This document shows positions 22,750 to 34,816 of a stretch of 64,000 nucleotides of DNA, in pieces (positions within the stretch are counted from its first letter, which is position 1; each line of letters starts with the position of its first letter). Both the position numbers and the translations under genes were made by a program. The stretch is from Basidiobolus meristosporus CBS 931.73 (lineage: Eukaryota; Fungi; Basidiobolomycota). The notes below the pieces were generated by a model. It was given only the letters and a program-made list of their open reading frames with translations, made no database searches and had not been told where the DNA came from. The stretch covers positions 141,584 through 205,583 of the forward strand of contig MCFE01000036.1 in assembly GCA_002104905.1 (NCBI GenBank). Reading direction: 5' to 3'.

Positions 22750-24672
22750 TCAGAATGGGGCATTCTCGTTGGCCCACAGTTTGAACGTGCGATCGAAGCC
22801 TGTGGAAGCGATCAAGTTGCCATCTAAAATGGAGTTAGAACGAGCGGGCAAATCGGACCTACAGGAGACCTTACCTGCGGCAATATCGACGCTCATGACT
22901 TTTCCTTCATGGCCCGAGAGAGACTTGATCAATTTCCAGGTGTCTGCTGACCATATCTTGATGGTCCCATCGTACGATGAACTTGCGAGGTACAGCCCTG
23001 ACACGTTGGGTGTTCCCTCCATGCGGCTAGTCTCGTACGCCTCTGAAGCATGGAAAAAGCGCACGTCGGAAACAAGGGAGTTGTGTGCGGGGATCGTATA
23101 CAACGGGCGCATGGTTCGAAGGTCGAAAATCTTCAGCGTGTTGTCCTCACTCCCCGTAACCACTTGATATCCGTTGGGGGAAAAGTCGATGCCCAGGATA
23201 TCCTTGACGTGGCCCTCCAGAACCATGGCGCTTCTTCCAGTCCGAAGATCCCAGATACGGCCAATGGCATCCAAGCCGCTAGATGGATCGGAAAGTTGAG
23301 AAACAGAACATGCGATTCTTGAAGGATCATAACCTCACCCAGTAGCAGCCAGAGCACCGTCGTTCTGGAAAGCAATTGCATACACCTCGCGCGAATGCCC
23401 CTCCTGGAGTAAGAGCTCCTGTGTGGTCTCAACGTTCCACAGCCTCCATGTGCCATCAAAACTAGACGTGGGTTAGTACGATTTTACACAAGAGGGCGGT
23501 GTAAATGACTCCACCTTGCTGAGCCAAGGTACTGTCCCGATGGATGGAAGCCGACTCGAGAAACGCGCTGCGTATGGCCAAGCAATGAAGACACAGGGGT
23601 TTCACTTTCCAAGGACCACAGATGAATATTCCCGTCCGCCCCGCCAGAAGCCAGGTTCACGGCACTACGACTCAATGAAAGGGTTGACTGCGGATGGAAC
23701 GCAAGGCCGCCAACACGGTCGGTGTGTCCTACAAGCTTCTTGATTGGCGCACTGGTACACAAGGGAGTAAGCACAGGATACTAACCTCGCAGATTCAACG
23801 CGTTCGAGCAGTTTGGCACGTTCCAGAGTTTGACCATTCCTGTCCAGGAGCCAGTGGCAAGGATCTTGGAGTCAGGAGAGAACCGGCCGATCGAAACTGG
23901 TCGATCATCACCAATCTGTGAGCTGTAGTTCGCGTAGCCCTAGTTCATGGATTTAAGTCCAAAGCCCAGTTCTACGGAGTGGTGAATATCGGCGTACCTG
24001 TATTTCTGTGTACAGCTCTTTGCGTGCCGACTTGATCTGCGCCAAGGGTGTCTCATGCTCTGAGCGTTGTCGTGCAAGGCGTTGCTTTGCCCTAAAAATC
24101 CCCTCGGTTAACAAAGTGCCCTCGTTTTCCCGTGGGTGCTTATATACCTTGGCAACGAATAATAGGCGATGTTTCGTCTCGCTACGAGCAGTTCAGTACT
24201 ACCCTCGGTGAAGAACTCCTCCTCCTTGTCCGAGTCAGAGCCGCTATCGCTCTCAGCTCTGTCCGAGTCGGCGTCAGCGCCATCCAATTTAGACAGCAAC
24301 ACTCTCAAACGATCACGACGCTCCGCAGGCTAGCAAATCAACACCGTCTAGTTAACGATTGACAAACAGATACAAGCTAGACATCATACCCCTTCAGCGA
24401 AAAGACATTGCGGCTCCCCTAACTCCCTAAGTTTGGCACGAACTCTGCCATCGTCGGTTGGTACGGCGAGAGAGCGAGCACGTCTCTTTCGTTCGAATTC
24501 ATCGAGGATCATCTGATGCTCCTCACGCGCTCTCAACGACGATTCTGAAAAGTCATAGTTGCTATCTTCCGCTGGTATCAAAGGAAATGCATGTCTCAGT
24601 TAGTCTTTGCATGGGGCAGATTGCCTTCGTCTTCTAAATACCCAAGTTTTCAAGATCGATTCCGTCGGACAT
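22750..24672 (-). CDS. PRP4: U4/U6 snRNP WD40 protein Prp4/PRPF4 (multi-exon)
   Basis: [24 protein letters not shown] and [25 protein letters not shown] are followed by seven-blade WD40 repeats ([28 protein letters not shown]). Confidence 0.94.
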
Positions 24673-25239
24673 GTTGAAGTAACTGAGTGCCACTAAATTT
24701 CGTGGACCACCGCCGAATATTATATAGGACTTAAGCACAAAATCGATTTTCAGGAAAAAAAGAGATTTAACTAAATAAACACATATTCATGACCCAAATG
24801 ACCCAAATGACGGTGATGCTAGGGATGCTTAGGCATCTTAGTGATCCAAAATACAAGCAGCTTTATATTAAACTAAGTAATCAATGGAAGGGTCGATTGA
24901 ATATCTTGATGCTCTTGCTCTTTTTCGAATATTAGCCTCGAATGGAAGGCCAGAAAGACATGTAAATACTGGTGGGGGAGGGGAAAATTACATGGTGGGG
25001 ACATCGAGCGGGAATGAGGATTAAAGAGAAAAAGGAAGAGACATTCAGATAGAAGTGAACGAGACGGCAACCGGAGTGGATAAGAAAAATAGGCCACAAG
25101 CCCTGAAACAAGCTATTAATAAATGTATTGAGTACTTCCCGTCCGGTGTACACACTGCCAGAGTTGGTCGGTAGGGAAACTGTATGAACCATGGACAGCA
25201 TGATGACCATACATTAAGTTTGTTAGAATACTGATTCGC

Positions 25240-28200
25240 TTATCGGATCTCCTTGGCTGTCTGAGAGGTCGGCGTGGACACCACCGATGAGTTTGAGAGG
25301 GATCGGTTCAACGCCAAGCTGTTCAAGCTCGGCTTTCTGAGCTTCACGTAGTTCTCGCACCGTTTGAGGAGGTCTTTGGATGAGAGACCGCTGCTGCCCT
25401 CTATCAAGCCTTGCTCTTGCAAGATGTCAGCGACATTCGAGGGGATCTAGTGAGGGAGGAGATTTTAGCCGGATGTCGCGAGCAATTCCAATTGTGTTGT
25501 TCCGTACCTGCCACATCTCGTCCTGGTACTTGAGCAATGCGTACACCGTTTCGATGGACAAGAAAGACTCGTCCTTGACCGGGTCCTTCGAGTTGGTGTA
25601 GAGGATATTCGGAGCAACCACCGTAGCCAGATTGGCCAGATCCATCTTACTGCCAGCGTCTTCACCGACATGGGAGAAGTTCGAAACCCATCGGAGGAAA
25701 ATAAACAACGCCTCCATCGTGTCGCGATGCGGCTTTGGCATCAGACAGCACGCCAAGTGGATGACTTTCCTTCTATCGTGCTCGTTGGGTAATTCTAGCA
25801 TCGGAAGCAGCGTTAGTGCCAGTTTGGCGTTAGTGGTCGGTTGATAAGGGTGGACTTACTTTGCGCAGACACAAAGAGCTTTTGCAATTTGAATGTGAGC
25901 AGAGGATCTGGCAGTTCACGAAGGTATTTCTTCAACAGCGCGGCAATCTGGATGGCATTATCCTTGGTCAGGTCAATATCGGATGGCTCCTTGTCGATAA
26001 TCTCGGTGAGTTCACGGAGTCTTCGAATATTTCCATTCTTTCTGAAGATTCCTTCCACGGTCATATCTAAAGGAGGGTTACTCACGGGGTTCGTCCGATC
26101 GTCAAAGAGTGCTACTTACCCATTTCACTTAGTGCCCGGATGCTCTTTTCAATGAAGATCGGGATTCGAATTCGCCCGGGAATAACACCGAGATCGGAAT
26201 CCACGCCGTATTTCTCTACCATTTGGTCCAGGCTAAGTCCAAACGTGCCATCCACTTGTGAAGATCGTTAGTGCATGGGCCAGCAATAGGCAGCAAGATG
26301 GTTGCGCGTACCTTTGACTTTGCCCGGCTTCTTGTTTTGCTTCAGCCCGGTTTTGAACCGGTCCCATATTGTTACCTTTCGGGTGTCGACCAGGCTGAGT
26401 AGCTCGTCGAAACTGATGAATTTCTCAATGAGCGGCGATAAATTGACGATTGCCAGATGCTTCACAATCAAGGTTTCTAGCTCAGATAACTCAGAAAGAT
26501 AACGCTTCCGGCCACCAACCGACGGAGGTGGGTGTGTGATAAGTGGCTTGGTATGCGCGCCAGAGATGGGCCTCTCTATGACGGTTCCGGATTTGATTTG
26601 GTGCTGTGTAAGCACAGGATACTCGCCAGAATTGGTTTGCTCCAGCTTGGGTGACTGGACCACCTTGATCTCATTATCCTTGTCAATGAACAGATTGACA
26701 AGGGAATGAATGGAGCTTGAGTGCTGGTGATGTTCTACGACCGTTTGTCTTCGGGCATGTGTCATGGATTCGGTCAACTTACGGTCAACCTTACGGCTAG
26801 GTATCTGCTTGACGGTTTCGTCCGTTTCGTTCTTGGGGCTAGACGGCTCGTCCAAGTCGTCCGACGTATCGGACTGGGTGAGCTTTTTATCGGAAAGGGT
26901 GGATGAGGCAGTAAGTGCATCTTCTGTAACGAGCGAGTTAGCACGTGTGCAGGCTGATTGTCAACGCATATGGAATTACCATTAACATTAAGTAGAGTAT
27001 AGAGTCGCTTAAGAGCAACGCGTAATAAGAAGGCGTATTGCTCCAGCTGAGTGACATAGCGAAAGCCATGCGCCCGGGCACTCTTCTTGGTGCAATTGGG
27101 ACAGTATATAAGAGAATGTTTTTCATCGAACGTTGCCTCAAAGAACCTGGCATGCAAGGGGGTGGAACACCTGTTACACTTGAAGCACTCGGTGTGCCAA
27201 CGATAGGTTTCGTACTGAATACACTCCCCTTCTATCGTAGTGCGGCATCCAAAGCAAAGATCCGAAGTGATCTCGCTAACACGGATGTACGGCCTTCTTG
27301 TGGCGGCGTCATTTTCACCGAACTCAACCAATTTGTTGAGGAAGGCGTAGATGGCCGTAGCACTACCGTACCGATTTTCCTGTCACGGCAAGAGAGGTTA
27401 GATGAGCCTTGAGAAAGGATTGGGCGCTCTGTGGCTACATACCAGTTTTAATGCGGCGGTTAAAGCGATTCTAATGAGGACTTTCAGGTAATGCGCTAGC
27501 CCAGCAACCAAGGTTAGAAGCTCCTGGGTAATGCCCATCCTCCGTACACCTGACTCCTGTGTATGTGAGAGCAGCGAAAAGAAGCTCACGATTTTTTTAC
27601 ATAAGAGCTTGGGTTCTTTGGAGTGCTCCATATCTAAGAAAAGTCGCTTGGTTAGACAGGCGAGCTACGTGGCATGGTTCCAGAGTCAAATCACCTGTAT
27701 GATCGTCATAACGAGCCAACTGTTCTTCTAGATCATCCACAGCGGAAAATAAAATCTCGACGTGGTTGATAAAGTTCTCTGCCATCTTGACACCCTCTAG
27801 ATACTCGCCATTAGATACATGCAGCAGCATGTCGGAAATACACGCTGCAGAAGACTCTTCAAACGCAGATAGAATCGTCCATATTTGGTAGACTTTGTCC
27901 TCCATCCGTCGTTGGTCATACTTCAGCTGCTCTGTTGTATGCGATTTGGAATCGACTGGAATAGAAAGCAAGTCTTTAGCAATTGAACGCTGCCATGCCT
28001 CATCAGGGTGGATTTAACTTACAGGCCTCGTCATGCTCATCCTCGCTAATCCCGTTACTCGACGCAAGCTTGACGTTCCAGAACTGGATTAAGCCGCAGT
28101 TAGAAAGACATTCCCAGTCGAAGTAGCGTAACCGCCGCCATTACCTTATGAATCATATAACACTCTGGATGCCAATGTTCATTGAAACCGTTACGATTCA

Positions 28201-28967
28201 ACTCCACAAATTGCTTTAGAATAGCAGTTTGACAACCGCAACAACGGACGGCGAATAGGACAGAGTAATGATAGTGACAATACACCTTTCCCTCATTTTC
28301 GTAGTACGAGTCTTGAGGACCGAACACTGTGGGACATACAGAACAAGTAAAATGCTCTACATGATACCGCTTGTCTAAAGCAGTGATGTACGAGCCGTAG
28401 AGAATTCCTCCACAAGCCTCGCATACCAAATTCAATCGGCGATAATAATCCTTTTCACATATAGGGTATTGCTTTCCATCTTGCCCTACAACTGGAAAGA
28501 ATTTAGCTGCTACACTTTGATCGCAATCCTATTGTAAGTCGTAAGTGATCCTGTTCAATCAATGGCTCAAAAAAAGATTAAAAAGGGGAAAGGTAGATGA
28601 TCAAGATCGTGGGTTTGCATCTGTGCCACACAGCCGCAGTGCGAAAACCAAGGCGATGAGACAAGTGTGCGTGGGATGCTATGCGCATTAGAAAGTAAAC
28701 AAAAACTGTCTCTCTTACCAAGCAACGGAAACAAGTTAGATGATAGGTTCCATTTAGCGCTCGTACAAATTGACCGGTCATTGGCTCCTCACATTTTGAG
28801 CAAGTCTGACTGATGCCATTACTGGTTTCTACATTTTTTACGACGTCTTTAGGTGGCGAAATGCGTTGTGTCGATTCGTTAGGGATGGCTAAGTACGAAA
28901 CATTTTCTGGCGAACTGACGACCACATCCTTCGCATTACTGGTGGGGTTGCTTTCGGGATTATCCAT
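25240..28967 (-). CDS. LRG1: LIM-domain RhoGAP (Lrg1/Rga1 type; multi-exon)
   Basis: Several LIM domains (CSKCEEPMTGQFVRAL..HLTCFRC; CEACGG..HVEHFTCSVC; CCGCQTAILKQF; CFGC..WHTECFKC) precede a RhoGAP domain (VEGIFRKNGNIRRL; KMDLANLATVVAPNIL). Confidence 0.92.
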
Positions 28968-29634
28968 GTGTGTAGGATAGAATGAACAAGGTCAAACTGG
29001 GAGCTAAACACACAGACAAGTATAACTATTTTGACTGTTGAAGCTGTCTAAAAGTGACTGTAGCCGAAAGAAGTGATACTGGAAAACACGAAATTCAGGA
29101 GAAGAATAAAGGACAATAATATCGTTTTCAATTCACCTTGGAATTCATGTTTTGCCCAGCAACATGCTGCCCAATCCTGGAACTCATTGATTGGCCCCCA
29201 CCTTCATTTAGATCTATATCCCCAGTGACCACATATCGCATCTTGTGCAAATGTCAGAGCATCTAAATCCACCCATATTAAGGATATATAGAAATTATTA
29301 GTGGAAATCCGTTGCATAGCTAAGCTACATCGACCACCATCACAAACACCAGCGCTAAACGAAAAAATTTCCTTCCTTGAGAGCTCTAGTCAGATTCATT
29401 AATCCGAATATGCTGTAAACATCCGTATTTGTGAGTGCACCAGCCAATGAAGTAGCGGCATTGCGTGGATCGAAAAAAATCCCCCATTGCACTACTAAAC
29501 CACCATTTACCAGGGTTCTCCGTGAAAGGAGAATATTTTGACTAAAACAACGTCTACTTTTCATGGATCTTTCTTAATTGGTGTGTGGTGCTTGGTTGTG
29601 GCTTACAAGTAAACACACCCACCCTCTTTACATA

Positions 29635-29814
29635 TCTCGCTCACTCACGCCCATTTGGTTACACGTAAACACGCACACTGCCTACACTTCTCCATTCACA
29701 AGCACACTTCACCACTCTCGCTCACTCGCGCCCATTTTGCTACACGTAAACACTCACACTCCCCACACTTCTCCATTCACGCATCGCAAGCACACTCTAC
29801 TACCCTCGCTCACT
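29635..29814. repeat. Degenerate tandem repeat, about 2.2 copies of an ~81-bp unit
   Basis: TCTCGCTCACTC(A/G)CGCCCATTT..TACACGTAAACAC..CACTTCTCCATTCAC recurs at 29635 and 29716, with a partial third start near 29805. Confidence 0.8.
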
Positions 29815-30193
29815 AGCTCACCCACGTATCACAATTCGTGTCGCGGCCCTCAACAACGACGCCGGCGGGTATTCCTCATCAAAAGGATCCGATCGGTTTG
29901 TTCCGGTATGGCTTATGCTAAACACTGCGATTAAAGTTGGGTGGATTTGGGAGTGGATGTCACAGAGACGTACCCCACGGAGAATAGAGAGTGGTGGGGA
30001 ACTGAAGACCAATCATGGGGAAATGGTCGGTATTCTATTTCATCATGGGTAACTTCGCTGGCATTGAATGGGGAATTGGTGGAGTAGACCAGGGTTGCTA
30101 CGAAAATTCTACCCCAAGCCATAATAACAACTCCATCACTTAACCGAAACTGACAGTCAACCATCTTGCTCTGTTCTGTCTTGGTTAGGTAAA

Positions 30194-32084
30194 ATGCTTA
30201 GAAATACTGCCCTTCGCGTGGCTGCCCGTCAAGCTCTTGGTCGCAGCGCTGCCTCTATCGTAAGTGTCCTTTCACCCTTCCCACCTGCATCCCTGAGGCA
30301 ATTCAGATAAACATAGACAACCCAAATCATTTCTGCTTGTGCCCTCTACATATGCCCTAGGCCATTACGTAGCGTCTACACTTCCACATCCTTGTATTGT
30401 ATAATAACCATCAACAACAATCTGTAGGCTCGTCACAATGTCGGAGCTCTCTCCATGGCTTCCAGACTTTTCACTACTTCCTCCGTAGTTTCCGCCGGAG
30501 CCAAGCCAAGTAAGTGGTCTATCTATTGGAGCTGTTTGCACTGATGATGCTAACGTCTGGACAGCCACCTCCGAGGTTTCCTCCATCCTTGAGGAGCGTA
30601 TCCTGGGTCTCTCCGATTCTTCTGATATCAATGAGACTGGCCGTGTCCTCTCCGTCGGTGATGGTATCGCTCGTGTCTATGGTCTTAAGAATGTTCAAGC
30701 CGAAGAGATGGTGGAGTTCTCCTCCGGTGTTCAAGGAATGGCTCTTAACTTGGAACCCGACAACGTCGGTATTGTCGTCTTCGGTAACGATCGTTTGATC
30801 AAGGAAGGTGACACCGTTAAGCGTACCGGTAACATTGTCGACGTTCCTACCGGTGAGGGCCTTCTCGGCCGTGTTGTTGACGCTTTGGGTAACCCCATTG
30901 ATGGCAAGGGCCCTATCCCTGGCGCCACCCGCCAACGTGTCCAAGTCAAGGCTCCTGGTATTATCCCTCGTCAATCCGTTCACGAGCCTATGCAAACTGG
31001 TATGAAGTCCATCGACTCCATGCTTCCCATTGGTCGTGGACAGCGTGAGTTGATTATTGGTGATCGTCAAACCGGTAAGACTGCCGTCGCCCTCGATACC
31101 ATTCTCAACCAGAAGAAGTGGAACGATGCCGATGATGAGAGCAAGAAATTGTACTGTGTCTACGTCGCCATTGGTCAAAAGAGATCCACTGTCGCCCAAT
31201 TCGTCAAGACCTTGGAGGAGAACGATGCCATGAAGTACTCCATCGTCGTTGCCGCCACTGCCTCTGAAGCTGCTCCCCTTCAATTCTTGGCTCCTTACTC
31301 TGGATGCGCCATGGGTGAGTACTTCCGTGATAACGGCAAGCACGCCCTCATCGTCTTCGACGATTTGTCCAAGCAAGCCGTTGCCTACCGTCAAATGTCT
31401 CTCTTGCTTCGTCGTCCTCCTGGTCGTGAGGCTTACCCTGGTGATGTGTTCTACCTCCACTCCAGACTTTTGGAGCGTGCCGCCAAGATGAACAAGAACT
31501 TCGGCTCCGGTTCCTTGACTGCCCTTCCCATCATTGAAACTCAAGGTGGTGATGTGTCTGCTTACATTCCTACCAACGTTATTTCCATTACCGATGGACA
31601 GATCTTCTTGGAAGCTGAATTGTTCTTCAAGGGTATCCGTCCCGCCATTAACGTCGGTATTTCCGTCTCCCGTGTCGGATCTGCTGCCCAAACTAAGGCT
31701 ATGAAGCAAGTCGCTGGTTCTCTTAAGCTCTTCCTGGCCCAATACCGTGAAGTCGCTGCCTTCGCCCAATTCGGTTCCGATTTGGACGCTTCCACCCAAT
31801 TCTTGCTCAACCGTGGTGCTCGTCTCACCGAGTTGTTGAAGCAACCACAATACAAGCCTCTCCCTGTTGAGCAACAAGTTGCCATCATCTTCGCTGGTGT
31901 TAACGGTTTCTTGGATAAGGTTGATGTCAAGCGTATTGTCGAGTTCGAAGGTGCCTTCCTTCCTCACATGACTTCCAACCACGCTGACCTTCTTGAGGCC
32001 ATCAAGAAGGACGGACAAATCACCGATGCCACTGATAAGAAGCTTCGTTCAGTTATCCCTGAATTCGTCAAATCCTTCATCTAA
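30194..32084 (+). CDS. ATP1: Mitochondrial F1 ATP synthase alpha subunit (introns 30260-30427 and ~30511-30565)
   Basis: Presequence [17 protein letters not shown], then [19 protein letters not shown] (Walker A), [21 protein letters not shown]. Confidence 0.98.
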
Positions 32085-32331
32085 ACTGGATTGATTTGAG
32101 TTCACATTTTGCATCTTGTTATATCTTTATTTTGGTGAGTTATCTTTGTAAGTTTAGCACCATCAACTTTCACTTACTACAATCAACAATAAAACCGCTC
32201 GTCTGCATGATTTGATGAAGTGACTTTATTCTGGATTGTTTCTACGCTTAATTGGCAATGATGCCTGGTTCATGGGGTCCATGCCAATTTTTCAACGACT
32301 AATGCTATATTCTATTAGATATGTTGGGGAT

Positions 32332-34299
32332 TTATAGTGATTTCGTGTCGGCAGGCTTGTGTGAAGTGTGGCTACCTTCCGAATCGTAGTGCTTGATGTC
32401 GTCTTCAGGGGAGAAGAGCGAGGGACTGTCAAGTGCTTCGTTCGCTATGGCGGACGTCCGTTCGTTGGAGTTGGGGAATGGACTGGGAATCAATTTTTTA
32501 CGCGGTTTGTCCGCCGATGACTCTGACTTGTCAGCAGGATGGAGTGTAGGGCTGGTGCGAGTGGGGTTTTTTCTTCCTTGCCATTCGGGAATCTCCTTCA
32601 AGTCGGTGTTCTGTGAAGTGGCATAGTTTCTGGTCACGTTAGTCACGTTTTTGAGTCCCTTTTCGGTAAGTTTCGAGAGTGAGTTGGGGCGTGAAAGATG
32701 GTTTCTTTCTTGTTCTTTGTCGTGTTGGAGATGGGCTTGCGGTGGTGGGGACAATAGATCGTTGGTGCTCAGAGGTTCGGGTGTAGGGTTAGAATCCATT
32801 TCCGGGGCTTCGCTTTCCTGGGTAGAGGTGTCGCCCTTGTCCTCAAACATCTCAGTGGGAGTTGTAAGCTCATCACGGCCCAAAGGAGTATGCTCCGCAC
32901 TGTGAGGCAGGGCTTTTTCGTCTTCGGGAGACGGTGGACTAACCACAGTGTCGACGCGCGGGCTTGTTGGCCCTTGGGAGGGATCTTTCGGCTCCGCGGC
33001 ATCATCAAATATTCCACCGGTTCCATGTGAGGGGAAGAATGGGTAGTCATCCATGTTGGGGAGCACCAGGGCCTCATGAATCATGTCATGTATGCGGCGC
33101 TCAATTGCTTGAATGATCATGCCGAACTTGAGTTGCTTGTCAGAAACAATCGGCTCGATGTTAAGGGACATCACTGGATCTTCACAAAACCCTAACCAAA
33201 ATCGGTTGGTTGGCGGTGGTTTGACCTTCAGGTGCATTTTTCCAGAGAGCTTCTTGAGAGTAACGGCCAAAACCAGGTTGACCTTGAGTGGCTTTAACCT
33301 TGCAGTAACCGATATAATAGCCTCGGTCTCCACCTCAACACTAAATCCCCCTGTGTAATCGATGCAGAACTCAGCAGTCATCTCTCCATTGGGTTGCAGG
33401 TCAAGTAGCTTTGGGTTGGTGATGGTTGGCATGCTATCTCCGACGTGAAGATCGCGTACCGCAATATCGCCTAGGAACGAGGGTTTTTTCACTTTCGAGC
33501 TCTTGAGGACTATTTTCCGAATGAAATAATCTTTGATGGATTGCGTTTTATAGATGCTGAGGAATAAGCGCCCAAGAAAGGCATTCAGCCACTGTGTCTG
33601 TAGGTGATGCTCGTCTGAATGAACTGTGCGGATCAAATGGTATATGGCTGCGTGATCGAAGTCGGTGGCGTTTCTCTCCACCTTGGATTCCTGAGAATTT
33701 TGGCCTATACGAGAAGCCCGAAGGAATCCCAGGAACCAGTCTTCCTTCTCCACGGGAGTTTTGGCAAAAACAAAATACTCTGAATGCGCGTTAACTTCTT
33801 CAGTTCGAAGTTTGAGCTGAATTGGCAAGTCTTTGTGGAACACTTCGTTATCAGGCAGCGAGGTAGGGTAGATGGAAACGTCGTATTTCATAAGGTTGAT
33901 AATGCCCAGACACGTGTGCAGTTTTTCATCTGTGTATAGCCATATAGTTTCTCGATTCAGGATGACATAATAAAAGTCTTTACGGGTGCCGAGTCTTCCT
34001 TCTATAAATTGCTTCAGACCTAGGATCAGCAGGGAGGAGAAATCGACAGGTGCATTTCTTGGGACCAGAGTATGGGGAGGGGTAATTCGCAGCCAGCCAA
34101 CACGGCTGTCTTGCAGAACATCTTTATCCACCAACAGAGGTTTCTCCATTTTTTCAAACTCACACTTCGGCGTGGATTTGGGCCATGTTGGTATTCCATT
34201 TATCCATAGATATAGCGGCACCAGAAGTAGCAGAAGCACCATGGGGGCTATGACAATGCCGCCTAAAAAGAAGGCCGACACATGTGCGATAAGGGACAT
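32332..34299 (-). CDS. NVJ2: Nvj2/TEX2-like lipid-transfer protein (N-terminal TM, PH-like, SMP domain; intronless)
   Basis: TQWLNAFLGRLF...KPSFLGDIAVRDLHVG...KPPPTNRFWLGF...LVLPNMDD is the SMP signature of Nvj2/TEX2, and FAKTPVEKEDWF is PH-like. Confidence 0.85.
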   Translation of the reverse strand: MSLIAHVSAFFLGGIVIAPMVLLLLLVPLYLWINGIPTWPKSTPKCEFEKMEKPLLVDKDVLQDSRVGWLRITPPHTLVPRNAPVDFSSLLILGLKQFIEGRLGTRKDFYYVILNRETIWLYTDEKLHTCLGIINLMKYDVSIYPTSLPDNEVFHKDLPIQLKLRTEEVNAHSEYFVFAKTPVEKEDWFLGFLRASRIGQNSQESKVERNATDFDHAAIYHLIRTVHSDEHHLQTQWLNAFLGRLFLSIYKTQSIKDYFIRKIVLKSSKVKKPSFLGDIAVRDLHVGDSMPTITNPKLLDLQPNGEMTAEFCIDYTGGFSVEVETEAIISVTARLKPLKVNLVLAVTLKKLSGKMHLKVKPPPTNRFWLGFCEDPVMSLNIEPIVSDKQLKFGMIIQAIERRIHDMIHEALVLPNMDDYPFFPSHGTGGIFDDAAEPKDPSQGPTSPRVDTVVSPPSPEDEKALPHSAEHTPLGRDELTTPTEMFEDKGDTSTQESEAPEMDSNPTPEPLSTNDLLSPPPQAHLQHDKEQERNHLSRPNSLSKLTEKGLKNVTNVTRNYATSQNTDLKEIPEWQGRKNPTRTSPTLHPADKSESSADKPRKKLIPSPFPNSNERTSAIANEALDSPSLFSPEDDIKHYDSEGSHTSHKPADTKSL

Positions 34300-34816
34300 T
34301 TAGGAGGCCAAGGGAGTCGATGGGAATCCAATAATAGCAGGTAATGGAAAGAAAGCAATAAAAGGAAGGACACAGATCAACGCTTCAAGTCTTGTAAGTA
34401 TATAAAGTAAAGAATATATATATTTAGTGGGTGGCAATCAGAAGTAAGGAACAGAGCTGACGATGCATTGAGTGAAATACCAAGGTTCAGGCAGGTATGG
34501 GAATTAGGGCCCAAAAAGGAAACACTCGATAACATAATGATGTATTCATTCCTCCATTACTCCATTTCTCCATTACTCCATTCCTCCCTTACCACTTTAC
34601 CTAAATCCAGTTTAATTCACATCTGGGCTAGCAGTTATACCAACAGCTATGCCAAGTTGGATCCAAGAGAAATAGATTCCTGATGATTGGCCGAAGACAA
34701 TTTGTTTATTGTTTTGCTGGAGTGACCAAAGGTTTTGTTTACATGGTTGAGTTAAAGTAATCAAGAATCATCGTTCTTGAACGTCTACTAATCTTTCTTC
34801 ACCACCAAGTTCACTC

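Noticed and set aside
29818-30164. Short minus-strand ORFs upstream of ATP1 (also 43724-44038 upstream of RPC1)
   Set aside because: They show no motifs, codon bias or consistent splice structure.
30519-32018. 499-aa antisense ORF over ATP1, and similar shadows over RPL21, RPS9, RAC1 and RPC1
   Set aside because: These are expected by-products of strong codon bias on the sense strand, with no independent motifs.
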